Positions 1-14,130 of a DNA stretch of 64,000 nucleotides are shown one piece after another. The stretch is taken from assembly GCF_009914755.1 (NCBI RefSeq), contig NC_060947.1, one strand, 5' to 3'. This stretch comes from the human T2T-CHM13v2.0 reference genome, Homo sapiens. A model generated the notes under the pieces. The model searched no databases and was not told the DNA's origin. It saw nothing but the letters and a program-made list of their open reading frames with translations. Numbering within the stretch: position 1 is the first letter of the stretch; every line of letters begins with the position of its first letter. A program made the position numbers and the translations under genes.

Positions 1-412
1 TTTGGATAATACAGTCTGCCACAAAGGGGACCCTAAGGTATGTTCTATGTTTTCAATTAGTATTTACAACAGCCAAAGAGATGGCTCAGTGTTTCTCATC
101 TTGCTCCTTTTTCTCCCTCTGTGCCCGTAGATAGAATGCTTGGCCCTTACTACAAGGCCAGTCCCAGATGCAACCCTGCTTTTCCCCCCATCTTTGTTCC
201 TGAGGCCAATTTTGGCCACTTATAAACACTTCAGGTCACAGAGCTGAGAAGGAGACAGTCAAAAAAGAATTAAATAAGAGAAGCAGAAGTTGCAAATATT
301 TATCAGTGGCCTTTCTAACCAACAGTGGCCCTCCCTGACACACTGAGAGATTCACCAAGATTAGAACTTCACCTATAGTAGCCACCACATTTATTATACT
401 GTATATAGTCCT

Positions 413-790
413 TATTTTAGTTTGGGTTCCCCCAAAGTACATCCCGAGACAAGGATTTGGGAGTAAGTAGTTTATTTGACAGGTGATCCCAGGAAACATA
501 GTGAGGGAGTGCAAAGTGAGATTGGGCAGGGAGGAAAGCCAATAAAATGTGTGATAATAAGCAGGTTATCCCCATGAACAACTAGGGCTCGAGCCCATGG
601 AGACTCTTGATGGATGGTGTAGAACACATCCAGAGTTGTCCCCTAGAAGGAATTAGGAAAGTAGAGTATTTATACACAAATCCCTGTCCCTCATTGGTTG
701 GGGGCATTTGCTCTGACACTTGCAGCTTGTCCTATTCCAGCCCAAACACGCTCATGAAGCCAAACAAAGGCTTTAGGCAGATTGAACAAA
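413..790 (-). mobile_element. ERVL solo LTR (LTR33/LTR16-like)
   Basis: ttagtttgggttccccca...gagacaaggatttggg...gtttatttgacaggtgatcccaggaa. Homologous to 46427-46894. Confidence 0.6.
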
Positions 791-1254
791 TCTTTCCATT
801 ATCTTTCATATGATGCTTCTGGGCAGACCAAAACAGAAAGCAGAGTGCTGATTAGCCTTCTCTCCTCTTCTCCTCCAATGGGTGTCCTTATACCTTGGCC
901 ATCTCCTCTGCTCCGTGGCTGTGGTGGGTTTTTTTTGATCCTCCATCCCAAGCTATGATTTGAGGTACCTTTGCTCCTTTATTATACTCCATCCTTGCCA
1001 CGAATGTAGGCATAGTCATCCTGTCATTTTAAACAAGGAGGATAGGGCCTGTGGTCCCCTTCTGGTGTGGAAAGTGTAAAGGTTCCCTGAATGGCTAGGG
1101 TCAAGGTAGCAACCAGTAGTTATAGAAAAAGGATACATAAGGGAAAGGAAAGGACTGATATAGACCAGTGTTTTTAAAGTGAAGCTCCCAGGCCGCCAGC
1201 ATAACTGGACTGCTTGATGTAAATCTACACCAAGAAGCAACATACTGAGGAGCT

Positions 1255-1455
1255 TCAGAGCATAGGCGTTGGAGCCAGAGTGCCAGAGTTTGAATCTCTG
1301 AGCTACTTACTAGTTGCATGACCTTGGGAAATTACCTGAGCCTTCTGTGCCTCATTTTCCTTATCTGTAAAATGCACCTAGGTCATATGACTGTTTTGTG
1401 GATTAGGTGACATAGAATGTGAAATGAATGTATACTGCCTGGCAGTTTCTAATAA
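1255..1455 (+). mobile_element. MIR
   Basis: MIR core: acttactagttgcatgaccttgggaaattacctgagccttctgtgcctcattttccttatctgtaaaatg. Confidence 0.75.
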
Positions 1456-1460
1456 TGTAC

Positions 1461-1847
<387 letters not shown>

Positions 1848-2639
1848 TAATCTATGAGAATGGAACCTGGAAATCTGCATTTCTAACCCCCCTTCCCCAT
1901 GTGATTTATATGTATCCTGAAGTTTGAACACCAGAGCTTCAAGCTGAGAGCCCAGGAGAGAGATCAGGTGATGTCAAGACAGGATTGTTTAACATAGTAA
2001 CATCTCATTTCCCCAGCAACTTTGGGAAATTAGGAGTTTCTTATAAGTGAGTTCTCCAGATGGCTGAGACTGTTCTCTTTAAACACTCAATCTCAAAAGT
2101 TAACACTTGATGTATTATGCTTAACTGTAAACGATATATCACATGCTTACACAGAGAATTCTGGAAAGTAGTATTATAACAATATTTTTGGAGTGACTTA
2201 GTTATCATCAGACAGCCAGGCAGATGGTAAGTATTTATTGACTGTCTCACTCTGTCCCCTCGTTTTGGTAGGTGCTGAAGATACAAAGATGAACAGGACC
2301 AAATCCCTGCTTTCAAGAGTTTCACTGTCTAGTAGAAAAGAGATCAGGAAATGTTGACACAGTGAGAGAAGTGATAGAATAGAAGGCTGTTTTGAGCTTT
2401 ATTACAGGGAATTCCTAACAGCTATAAAAGTGGGAAGGATATGTTACCCTGATGTTGAGCCCCCTGAGTGCTTGGGCCTGCTATCTTATAGCTACTATGT
2501 CTCTCCCTTGCTGTCAATTGACACTCCCTGTTTCTATCAATTTTTCTGCCTTCAAAGGACATTCCCATCCTCATCTACTGTGCTTCCTTTATTCTGCTGT
2601 GGTCTGGAAACCAGATACCCTGAACTTGATGAGAGGTTG

Positions 2640-2925
2640 CCGTCTTAGAAAGGCCTTCTCTGACCTTGCTATCTAAAGTAGCATGCCCCAACTCCACACA
2701 CAAACTCTGCATCTCCTTACCCTGCTTGATTTTTCTTTATGGCCTTTAGTACTACCTGACATCATGTTACATATGTTTGTTTATGTTCCATGGTCTACTT
2801 TCTTCATTGGAATGTAAGTGTCAAGGAGGCAGGGGCTCTGTTGTTTAGCACACCTCAGTATCTAGCACCTAGGACATGGCCTGGCTCAGGGTTGGCTTCT
2901 AATAAATATTTATTGGATGAGTTAT
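2640..2925. mobile_element. L2 3' fragment
   Basis: gaaaggccttctctgacc...ggaatgtaagtgtcaaggaggcagggg...tatctagcacctaggacatggcctggc...aataaatatttattggatga. Confidence 0.6.
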
Positions 2926-2944
2926 AATAGTAGCAAATAAGTTT

Positions 2945-3375
2945 CTTTTTAAATTTTTTATTGAGGTATAGCTTGCATATAGTAAAGTGCACCCATCTTA
3001 AGTATTCAACTCAATAAATATTGGTTAAATGTGCATACTTTATAAACCACACTCAGACAAAGATATGCAGCATTTCCAGCACCTAACCAGCAGGCTCCTT
3101 CAAACAATGCCCATACAGGACCTCCTCCAAAAGATAACTACTCTTGTGACTTCTATCATAATTGATTAGTTTTGGTGATTTTTGAATTTCATATAAATGG
3201 GATCATGTAGTTTGTGCTCTTGTATGTTAGCCTTTTCAACATTATGTCTGTGTTGTGTGAAGCAGCAGTTCATGCCTTATTGCTTGTAATATTCATTGCA
3301 TTTACTGCAGTATGTTTAGTCCATTCTACTCACATGTGTGTTGTTTCTAGGTTTTGGTGTTTTAGAAAATGAGCT
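2945..3375 (-). mobile_element. Old L1M (L1ME/MB-like) 3' fragment
   Basis: tttttattgaggtatagcttgcatatagtaaagtgcacccatcttaag...gaatttcatataaatgggatcat. Confidence 0.65.
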
Positions 3376-3772
3376 TTGAGAAAGTCCGTGAAAGGTGCCA
3401 TGAGTAGAGGGCATGGATTCGATAGCAACTATTCTGTGTGCTTTTCCTCATTACCCCATTTTATCAGTCCTACATTTCTCGAACTGTCCCCTTTCTTCCT
3501 GCTACTTCAGGGTTCTGATTTATGCTTGGACCTGGGATGTCTCTCTGGAACTAAGTCAAATTTACAAAACCCCTAGTTGGACTAGTGTTGTAGTAAACCC
3601 ACATTCCTGCCAGTTCATCCCAGGACACCCAGGACACAGAAGCAGAATGCTGATTAGCTTTCTCTTTGGATATCCTCTCTTTTACTTCCTCTTTTGTCCT
3701 TGGTTCTTGTTTGCTTTCTGCTAATTCCCTCCACTAACTGGGGGCACCTTTGGGCCTAATGTGTTTTATAGC

Positions 3773-3952
3773 CATGATTCTCAATCATGGCTGCACATTA
3801 TAATCACTTGGGGAACGTAAAAAAAATACCCATGCCTGGGCCCCACTCCAAGGCAATTAAATCAACATCTCTGGGGGTGGGACCTGGGTATTAGTATTTC
3901 TGAAAAACTGTTCAAGAGATTTTAATGGGCAGCCAAATTTGAGCACCACTGC
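3773..3952. mobile_element. MER5 (hAT-Charlie) element
   Basis: ttctcaatcatggctgcacattataatcacttgggga...catgcctgggccccactcca...gagcaccactg. Confidence 0.7.
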
Positions 3953-4489
3953 GGGACACATTTTGTTTTAGGAAATAGTGCAGATGTGTAGAATCAACTC
4001 ACTTCTTTCCCCCGGCATCAGGCACAACCAATTTGTTTCCACACAACTTACCAGATGAGACTCTTGAATGTTGTCAACTTTATAAATCTTAGGGAGCGAT
4101 TTATATGAGAACTGCTTAAAAACAAGGATGTCAAAGGAAGCGGCTTTTTCTTCTACCATGGTTGTCACTCTATGGTGTCAAGAGAAGTGTTAGTTGAAAT
4201 TTGGCTCATGAATTACAATTTAGATCAAACTCCAAGCTGTGGCAGGGATGTCTTGACTAGCATTGAGTGGATACTTCTGAAAGACTTGTGATTTTTAAAA
4301 ACATGTGTACCACATATAAGCACAATTAGCACTACTAGGTTACAAGTGTAATAAGGCCAGGGTCCATTTTATAATAATCTTTTTCCTGACAACATTCAAC
4401 ACCATTTTGTGTACTGCAACTAACATTTACTGAGTACTTTCTGTTATTTACTACTCAGCATTTACAACTCAATCCTCACTATTATACCA

Positions 4490-4885
4490 GCTGTCTTACT
4501 GAGCACTTATGTGTTATGCCCTGTTCTAAGCTCTTTAAAGATATTCATTCATTTACTTTTCTCAGCAACCCTATGAGTTGGGTTTTTATTATTATCCCCA
4601 TTTTACGGTGAAGAAACTGAGGCACAAATTGGTTAAGTACCATGCCAAGGCCTCACAGATGGTAAATTGTAGAGCTAGGATTCACGCAGTTTGGCCTCAG
4701 AGCCTGCTCCCTTATCATCTACCCTGTGCTTCTAAAATTTTAATGCGCGTAGAAGTCCCCAGGGGATTTTGTTAAAATTTGGATTCTAATTCAGTAGATC
4801 TGGGATGGGGCCTAGGAGTCTGCATTTCTAACAAGCTCCCAGGTGGTGTTGATGCTACAGATTTATGGACCACATTTTGAGAGGC
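4490..4885. mobile_element. MIR followed by MER5A
   Basis: ccccattttacggtgaagaaactgaggcaca (MIR, reverse), then ggattctaattcagtagatctgggatggggcctaggagtctgcatttctaacaagctcccaggtg (MER5A). Confidence 0.7.
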
Positions 4886-6338
4886 AAGAACATAACTTAT
4901 GAGATAATTTCTATTATTGTTCCCATTTTCAGGTAAGTACTCTGAAGCTCAAAGAGGATAGTGGTATTACCAGCTTCTCATAGCAAATATACAGTGAAGC
5001 TGTAATTAGAATTCCTGCAGTTGGGTGTCAAGTGTGATTGCCTAACTGCTCTGCTTAGGTGCTTGGTAAATGGCTATTGAATGATAACTAAACTGATATT
5101 CAGTTTACTGCTGGGTCTAACAGATGGCTATTATATAGTCAAAGGTTGGAATGTATTGAATAGAACTCAAATAATTATATGCCTTCCGTCTGTTCTTTTT
5201 ACACCTTGGAAATGAATCTAGTATCAATTTTCATCTTTACCACATTTTCTTCTCATAGCCTAAGCAGGTTGTTCCACCCTTGCTGTTAGCAGGGAACACA
5301 AAGGAAACAACTCAGCAAGTTTTCGTTGAGGATATCTTTCTGTGGGCCTGTTTACCATTGCCTTTGCTTTTGAAAAAATAGCACAGAACTGGAATCCTGC
5401 TGATATAAATATTTCTCATTAAATTGTCTGAATAGCGATCCCAGTAGATATAGAAGCAATATTATTCAAAATAATTAAAAAATAATGCCACTATTTAAGG
5501 TTTTGCAAAAATATTATTTTCCACTTTTGTACAAAAGGAAATATTTTCATCAGTAGCCTTGACTCACACTCAGTGCAATTTTGTGGTGGATGAGATTCAG
5601 GCTCCCATTCCCCATTGTGTCCTAATACCATGGATTTCCTCCATGAAGGGTCTCCTGAGAACAAGGCCCATCAGAGATCAAAACAAGAATCAAATTTAGT
5701 GTTCTCTATAACAATTCAACCATTAATGTTCCAGGAAGAACTCTCTATCCACTCCTACCACTCTGAAATATTTTCCAACCAGATAATGCATATATATATG
5801 TGACAAAGAGCCTTTGCCTGGAAGAAAATTTATTTACTTATTAGATTATTTTAAGAGGCACTTCTTGGCTCAGAGAACTGGAGGGAACAAAATATATAAT
5901 ATAAAATATGTGGCTCATAAAAATATGTGACTTCACACAACCAAAATCAGGGGCGAAATGCTAGCATCTCTACATTGTAATGGGGTCCAGTGTTAAAAAA
6001 GGACTCTTGGCTGGATTTTATTGACTAGCATTCTAAAGTTGTTACTTTCTCTGCAGAAATGTCAGGGAGGTACTAGCTTGTCTCATTTATCACTGATGGG
6101 AATAATAAACCTGACTAGAAGATCAGTGACTGTATTCACTCATTCATACATTCAGTTCCTAAATAAAGATTGTTGAGCATCACTATGCTAGGAACTTGAG
6201 GTAACAAGGAGAATAGCATATGGTTTCTGCCCTCAGGGAGTTCACAAAATTACTAGGGATATAATACAAACAGGAACAAGGTTAACAGTAGGAGATGGTA
6301 TGTGACAAGGATAATACAAATGGTACACAGTTTCTTAG

Positions 6339-6525
6339 AGTAGTGTTTTATCAGAGTGGTCCCTGGGCCAGCACATCAGTATCATCTAGGGACTTGTTTG
6401 ATATTCAGATTCTTGGGCCATACCTCAGACCCACTGAATCTGAACCTTTGTGGATGGACCCCAGCGGTCTGACTTTTAACAAGATCCTAAGGTGATTTGT
6501 ATGTACATTAAAACTTAAAAGTGCT
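6339..6525. mobile_element. MER5A
   Basis: agtggtccctgggccagcacatcag...cagattcttgggccatacctcagacccactgaatctgaa...ttttaacaagatcc. Confidence 0.7.
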
Positions 6526-6780
6526 CTTTTGAAAGATCACTTCTATCAGAGGAAGAACAACACATTAAGGTCTTGTCCTTGAGAGCTTATAACTCAAAAA
6601 AATGACATTTGAATGTGAATAATCAAATCTGATAAGAAACACTCACACATGTGACTATAGGAACAAGGAAAAGTGGGTGGGGGGGAGGGAGAGAGAGAGA
6701 GATTGACTGATTTAACCCTGTGGTAGTTGGAGAGACTGGTGAATGTTTCCTGGAGGGGCCGTTGGAGGATGAAGAAATGC

Positions 6781-7170
6781 TGTCAGTTTGAAGTGCATTT
6801 GGCTGTAACAGAAAACCTGACTGAGAGTGATTTAAAGAAGAAGGGTTTTTGTTTCTCACATAAGTAGCCTGGAGGTAGGCAGTCTCCAGCGCTGATTCAG
6901 TTATTTAAGGATGCCAGGGTTCTGGGTCAGCGTCTCCTTAGACCTCTTGCTTTCTGCCTTATGATCAATCATAAGATGGCTGCTGTAGCTCTGAAAATCA
7001 CATTCTCATCCAACCATATTCAAATGCAAGAAGCAGATAGGCATAGCACAAAAAGATCCCTCTTCTGCATTCTTATCAAGGTGGCAACTCTTTTCTAGAG
7101 GCCTCCCAGCAAATCTCCACTATGTCTGATTTACTAGAACTAGAACATAAGACTACCAGTATACCAGGGT
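6781..7170 (-). mobile_element. MaLR LTR (MLT1J/K-like)
   Basis: tttggctgtaacagaaaacctgact...tctcacataagtagcctggaggtaggcag...aagatggctgctgtagctc. Confidence 0.6.
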
Positions 7171-7973
7171 CTGTTCAACTTTCCATGACTTCTAGTAATC
7201 TCAGCCCAATATTCCAGGAGGATAGAGCTGCTGTTAGCAGGGAGCAAGTGCGTTTCAGTGGGAAAGCTTTTGAGTAAGCCACCAACAGCCTATAGCCAGG
7301 AAGACTAGAGTAGATGGAATCAGGAGTAAGGGCATTTCCCCAAAGAGGGAAAGGCATGAATGAAGGCATGGAGGTGAAGTGTGCATGAAGAATGATTACT
7401 AGATGAGTTTGGCTAAAGCATATGAGTCTTACAAAGGAATTTTTAGCCATTAAAAAAAATCTGTGGAACCTTTTGTTCAATTGGAATCATGTGCAGAAAC
7501 CCAATTCACAGAGGAAAGCATACCTGCTTCAGTCAGAAGTAGGGTGGGATGCCTGGAGCCAGCCTGCTCTGTCTCTGACCTACTTCAGCTGAAAGGGCTT
7601 CTTGAAAGCCAAACTGAAGAACAATGTCCCAGAAACTGCTACTTTGACCCTGCCACACCCAAGATTCTCTGGGCCCCTCTCCCTGCAGGAGGCCACAAGG
7701 CATTCATCAAGGTCCCTCATTTGGCCCCAAACTGGAGCTTCACAGGTATGTATGGAAATATAATAATCCAGGCTAGGGGTACCTGTGTATGCGTTTTTGT
7801 GGTGTTGCTTTTTGCAGATACCACATGTGACCCTGTGTCTCTTAATTCCATTCCTGACACTGAATTGCTAAAACAGTAGTTGAGGAGAGCATTGTGGTAA
7901 AACAACTAGAGGAAGGGGAACACTATTAGTGGTGATTAGTGGCTTGCCTCTTCACTTCCTGCCCTTACAACCC

Positions 7974-8422
7974 TGTGTTAGTTTCCTAGTGTGGTCATAA
8001 CAAAGTACCATGGATTAGGTGGTTTAAACATCAGAAATGTATTATCTCACAGTTCTGAAGGCCAGATGTCAGATCAAAGTGTTGGCAGGGTTGGTCCCTC
8101 CTGAGGGCTGTAAGGGGAATCTGTTTTATGCCCCTTCCATAACTTCTGATGGTTTGCTAGCAGTCTTTGATATTCCTTGGCTTGTAGATCTCTGCCTTCA
8201 TCTTCATATGACGTATTCCCTGTATGCCTTCACATTGTCTTCCCTGTGTGCATGACTGTCTTTGTGTTCAGATGTCCCCATTTTATAAGACACAGTCATA
8301 TTGGATTAAAACCCACCCTGATGACTTCATCTTAACTTGATCATCTGTTTTCGAATAAAGTTATATTCACAAGTACTAGAGGTTAGGACTTCATCTCTGT
8401 TTGGAGAGACACAATTCAACCA
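7974..8422 (-). mobile_element. MaLR solo LTR (MLT1B/C-like)
   Basis: tgtgttagtttcctag...ataacaaagtacca...tctcacagttctgaaggccaga...gacacaattcaacc. Confidence 0.8.
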
Positions 8423-11400
8423 GGGAATTGTGGAAGATGGCAATGAAGATTTATCCCATCTTCATTCAACCCCTAACACATCCTATATTTCAAACCTTTG
8501 CTTCCCTTTTTCTAAGGCCTTCTCCTCTCACTCTTAATCCTAGTGGCTATGCTCCAGTTGTTTAACTCTTGTTATGGTGGAATTGAGTGGGAAAGATGGG
8601 TTATTTCAAGGAATGTTTCATCCTCACTATTCTGTTTGAAGACATAATTGTGTAGAATAATGTTTGAAAATAAACACTGGCACTCAATTATATTAATTCA
8701 AGATTGAATTATAATTCAATCTTGTGCATGGGATCCTAAGTTTGAATAAAAAAGTGCAGAATCAAAAGACCAAATAAAAATTATCACAATTATTACCAAC
8801 ATTACCTTGTATAGCACTTTCGCACAGATTATCATTTGAAAGCATATTCTTTTCTACCAGCAATCAAGATCCCCTTTTCACATCTACTTTTGCTTGACAA
8901 TAAATTCTCCTTGAGGATGTTTCCTGACAGGATTGTCTGCGGAAAATCCTTTACTTAGAGTTGTAACCAGAATCTTCCTAAATTTAGCAGAGTTCATACA
9001 ACACTGAGCTGAAACCCAAGTAAGGGAGATGGACAGAGACAATAAATGAGACACTGAAGAAATATAAAATGGAATTTAAAAACTGTAAATTTTAGGGGGG
9101 TAAGGGCACTTACAAAAGTGGGGTTAAAGAACCAAGTTATTTTTAGATTATGTGGTCCTAATTTGGCAGCATACTTTATTATTAAATTTTGAAACTTGCT
9201 AATGAAATACTAATTCTTAGTGACAAAATCTGCCCTTGATCAAGGAAGCAAAAAGGAGAAGTTACTCCGCAGGTATCAGTCTCTCCACTTTCTTACATTC
9301 AATTCTGTTGTCAAATGTTAAGACTGTTTCCTCTCATTCAGTGGAAATTTCCTTCAGCTTATTTTTCCTGGAAATGGAAAACAGCTGCGCAGAGCCTTCA
9401 TTCAACCCTCTACTCAAAGGCTCTTATTTGCATCATCAACTATTTGCTTTTCTCTATCCCAATCTATCAATAAACTAAGTTCACATCTCTTCTTCAGAGC
9501 ATTTTTCTCCCTCAGTGTGGATGCCCCATCCTCATAAAAGCATGACACTTAGTCATTGTTTATACTGTCATTCCTACCTAGAAACGTCTTTCCCTCTTAA
9601 TTTTTTTGGAAAAATGTACCCCATCTTCCTTCAAGACTTAGCCAGGGAGAGAGCTCTGGAGCACATTTGGGAAGGCATGAAATGGGGAAGCCCCCAGGAA
9701 GGAAGGTAGACAAATCCTCAGGGGACACAGCCTGGTTTTCTCCTCTGTGTAGACTCCTAATGTGCCATTCCCAAGATGCTCCTCAATATTGACGAGTGGG
9801 GTTTTCTGGAACTGTACATTCCTAAGAGCCAGTTGACTTCTAGAGTGAAATACAGAATGTGGGAATCTCCAGAGAAAGAAAGCCCAAGGCAAAAGAGTAA
9901 GTAACTCTTAGAGTCTCAGACATGGAAAGATAACTGGTAACACTTGGCTGCTGGAGAATGAAACCCCTCCTAAAGGCAGATATTCAGGCCTGTGATAGAA
10001 TCATTGAATTTCATCTACCTAGTTCCCATCAGGCCTGGGGAAATGGGGATAAGCTGCAGAGTCTACATGGTCTTACAGAAGCTGAAGCAAGTTGCAGAGA
10101 AATTTCAAGGACTTTTAAGTCCAGTATACCTTGGATTTGGGGCACTACTCCAGCACAAATTCCTCCCTGCTTCATGCAGATTTTCATTGCCGATGGCCCC
10201 ACTTCCAGAACCAGAAATTCCAACATTCCTATGGCGGTCTTACTTTCCGTTGCCCCAGGAAGCAGAAATGGGGACAAGACTGCAAGACTGACCATGAGAC
10301 CATGGCCTGGACTGAGGGGCTCAGCTACTTTCTTAAGTACCTTCAGACCAGAGATAACAGCTGTTTGGAACATATAAATGAGACCTTGTCTCTGGAACAA
10401 TCATCTGGCTTTGGTTATTCATTATCATTGAACCCCACATGCCTCACTTAGAAAGATGTCCCTTCCAAAGCTCAGAGGCCCTCACCATCGCATGCATGCT
10501 CCTCTCCTAGTACACTTCTGGAGTGGCCTGAAGAGCTGGAGAAGTGGGCACTCAGCTCACATCTCAACCCAGATCTCCACAGATCACATCCTTGTTTCTG
10601 TCACATCAGTAGTCAGTAGTGCCCCCATCTCATTTATATCCAAATTAAGAACATCTTAATATGAGATTTCATCCTTTCCAGATTGACCCATCTGGATTTG
10701 GATATCTCAGTAACAAGATACTTTGTCCTTTTTCATCATTACTTAGCTCCTCAGTTTGCAATATTTGTGTGTCCCTATTATTCTTGTCCAGTTATACAAG
10801 CCTTGAGGTAATGCACTGTCTTTTATTAGTTTTTCAGACTCCACACAGAGATTGACACAGCACTGGCAGAACACATAGATACCATTGCTTAATAAGAAAA
10901 TTCAAGATACTTGGTTGATTCTGAAGGACATCACTTCTGGGATCCTGAGCTACAGGCATTAAGCTTAAGGAAAACCTGGTTGAAGATCATCTTTATGGTG
11001 AAAATAAGTGTTGGTGGATCAATAGCAACCCATTACAGATATTTTCACATTCACTGAAATAAAACTTTAAAAGTGGCACTCTAACTAAAGAGAATATCAA
11101 TAACATTTTATCACTTTAATATTTGGTTACTTTTTTCTATTTTCCTCAGCTCACTGCTATTTCAATGAAATGATTTGTTTTGCTTTGTTGAAGAAAATAT
11201 TCATTAGTTAAAAGATAATTTTGGACTATGTCTGGTTGTATGTCCAAATATTCGGTCTTTCTGATTTTATGAGATAGTTGACCCTGAACTCCAAGTGGCC
11301 CACCTTAGTTAATCACCATATTCCAGGGATGTGAAGGAACTTGGAAGCTTGAAATGGAATAAGCTGCATTGGAGCCAGTTGCACTCAGCCCCCTTCCCCT

Positions 11401-13199
11401 TGGCTGGTGGTATCCCTTTGGCCCTGCTTCATGGCTTTAGGCCAAATTGCCTCCTGTCAGCATCCCTCATACACCTCTCCCTGGTGCCGCGTGAGGATAG
11501 TTCACAGTTCTGTGGCCTGGGATGACTCTCATCTTCCTTCATCTTTCCCAAGACATTATTGCCAAACACTCTCCTCCTCTACCATTGTTTTACCTCCTAA
11601 TCCTCAGGTCTCTTTTTTTCTAAGAACCACCCCCGTCCCCTGAGATTGTTCCCTTCAACTTGACATTTCCCTGGAATCACAATTCTTATAGTGGTAAAAA
11701 GGTGTCAGAATTATATGTACATGAAAGGAACTCAAGTTGGAGAGAAACTTGGATACCCATAAAGGAAAGTTTCCAATGCTTTCATGTCAATACTTTAGCT
11801 CATTTTACAACCCACCGCCTATATATCTTGTGCAAGTCATTTTCTTTCTTTGGAATCAATAAGGGTTCCCTGTGTCTTCTCTGGCATTTCCCAAACAGGG
11901 TTGTCATGATAATGGAGATTGTGCAAAAAGAGGGACTTACTATCAAATACTTTTTTTTTTTTTGCAAACTCTATCCCACTCTTAGAGATTCATACTACAC
12001 TGAGAAATCCTACACTGAAAAAAAAATTTTTTTAACTTTCCCAAGTATTTAACCACAGGAGCCTCCCCACCGTTTCCCTTATACTAATCATCTGTTATCA
12101 TCTGGTAGCACAAAATTTTGTAAATGCATGAGTAATACATGAATTGCACACTTCTTCATGTCTTTTGAGCCTGCTGCAAACTGAACTGAGCTTCTCTATT
12201 CAACCTGAATGTTATCTTTTTCTCCTTCACAACATGATATGTTATTGCACTGGTGTCTATTTGATCAATTTGCTGGTGGTCCATCAGTAGGCCTTTGCTA
12301 ATGCTGTTTTCCCCACCTGGATGTTCTTACTTTTAGGTACAGCTTATGTTCTAAATCCCTTCTCCAACTGCCTATACTCTGTCTCCATTACTGTACCAGA
12401 TTAAGACCTACTTTTGTCCTTACAACTGTACATTCCCATAAGACATGGCTATATCACATCCAACTGCACTATTTCTCCTTAGCTCCTTTTGAGGATATAA
12501 GAAATTCACTAAACACCACTTCATTGATTGATGGATTATGAGGATATTATTTCAACTGTACAATTGGCACCTTTTCATAGGCAGTTTTTCTACATTGAGT
12601 GCAGGGTCATTTTTTGTTGTTGTTTGTTTTTTGTTTTTAGCTAGGTACAGTTCAGTTCTTACCTAAGAATACAACTATCCTGCATTCACCACCATGAAAG
12701 CCAGTGCACTTATTTCCACTTTATTTTAAGGAGAGCATGAATGTTGTGGATTTATTTACTTTTTCTAATTTAAGAGAACTGGCCACTTTGAAATTTTATA
12801 GTGTCTCAGTGCCTGAGAAACACTTAATTCTCCTGAACCAGCTATAACATAGGTGTAAATTGATGGTATTGTCCCTTCAGCCTTTCTGTAGTAGAAGATG
12901 CACCAAGATAATGTAGACATTATCTTTGCTGTGTCCTCAGAGTTATGTAAATAACCCTACTTCCCTTCCTAGCTGAAAAACTGTCATTAGTTTGTGTTTC
13001 AGGTCATTCTCTGTCTACTGAATGAAATTCAATAGTCCTTGAAAATTCAGCCTTCCCCAATCTAATCACTACATCATTGTTTTAAAAAGTGATTCTTTTA
13101 AAAGCATTGATTTTTAAAGGCTATTAGTTTTTGTTTTTGTTTGCTTTTTAAAATACTTTTAGTACTGTTCAATTATTTATTATATGATTTATTTTTATT

Positions 13200-14130
13200 A
13201 ACTAGAATTCATTTTTTAAAGTATTGCATGTACTTGGTAAAAACAAAAATAAAAACACATCCAAGTGTACAAAAGAGTATATAAAATGAGAGCTAAGTCT
13301 TTCTCTCACCTCAGATTCCCAGTATCCAGTTCTCATTCCCACAAGCAACCAATTTTACATGTTTGTGAATCTTTCCAGGAATATCCTAAACATATCCATG
13401 AGCATGCATATGTGAATGGAACATGCTATGCATACTGTATATAACCTGTTTTTTATTTGACATTATATGTTGTGTAGCTTTCTATATCAATACATATAGA
13501 TCTGCCTTATTGCTTTCATGGTTGAATGGTATTTCATTGTATATAGATGTACCACACTTCATTTAACTAGTACCCTAGTAACAGACATTTTAGTTGTTTC
13601 CAGTCTTGCCATTGAATATAACACTGCAGTGAGTTATACATACATCTTTGTATATCTGGGAAAATATTTATTGGAATTAAGACAATTTTTTATCAATGTT
13701 GCCAAATTGCCTTCCAAAGAGGTAGCGCCTGTTGACCTCTCTCAACGGTGTATGAGAGTGCCTGTTTCCCCACAAATCGCCTGTGCTATAAATTTTACTT
13801 ACCCATTTCTTCCACTCTGCAAGATTAAAAATGGTAGCTCATTTTAATTTGCATTTCTCAAATTAGGAATGAAGATAATCTTTGCATATGTTTTAAGTCT
13901 TTTGCATATTATTGTATGCAAATTTCTTGTTCATGTCCTTTCCCATTTTTCCCATTGAATTGTTGCTCTTTTTCTAACTACTTTGTAAAATTTAAAATAT
14001 TAATATCATGTTATGTATTTTGCTAACATATATAAAATCATTCCTCTGTGTTTTGTTCTACTGTAACTTTTATGATTACTTTTTTGATGTTTAAATATTT
14101 TGTCCATCTGGAAATTAATTTATTAAATTA
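13200..14130 (-). mobile_element. Old L1ME-like fragment
   Basis: atggttgaatggtatttcattgtatatagatgtaccac...gccaaattgccttccaaagagg...tgtatgagagtgcctgtttccccaca. Confidence 0.6.

Noticed and set aside
9958-10451. Cluster of overlapping 99-139 aa ORFs on both strands
   Set aside because: No recognisable domain, no convincing splice or promoter context, and no poly(A)/TSD of a retrocopy. Compatible with chance in slightly GC-richer DNA.
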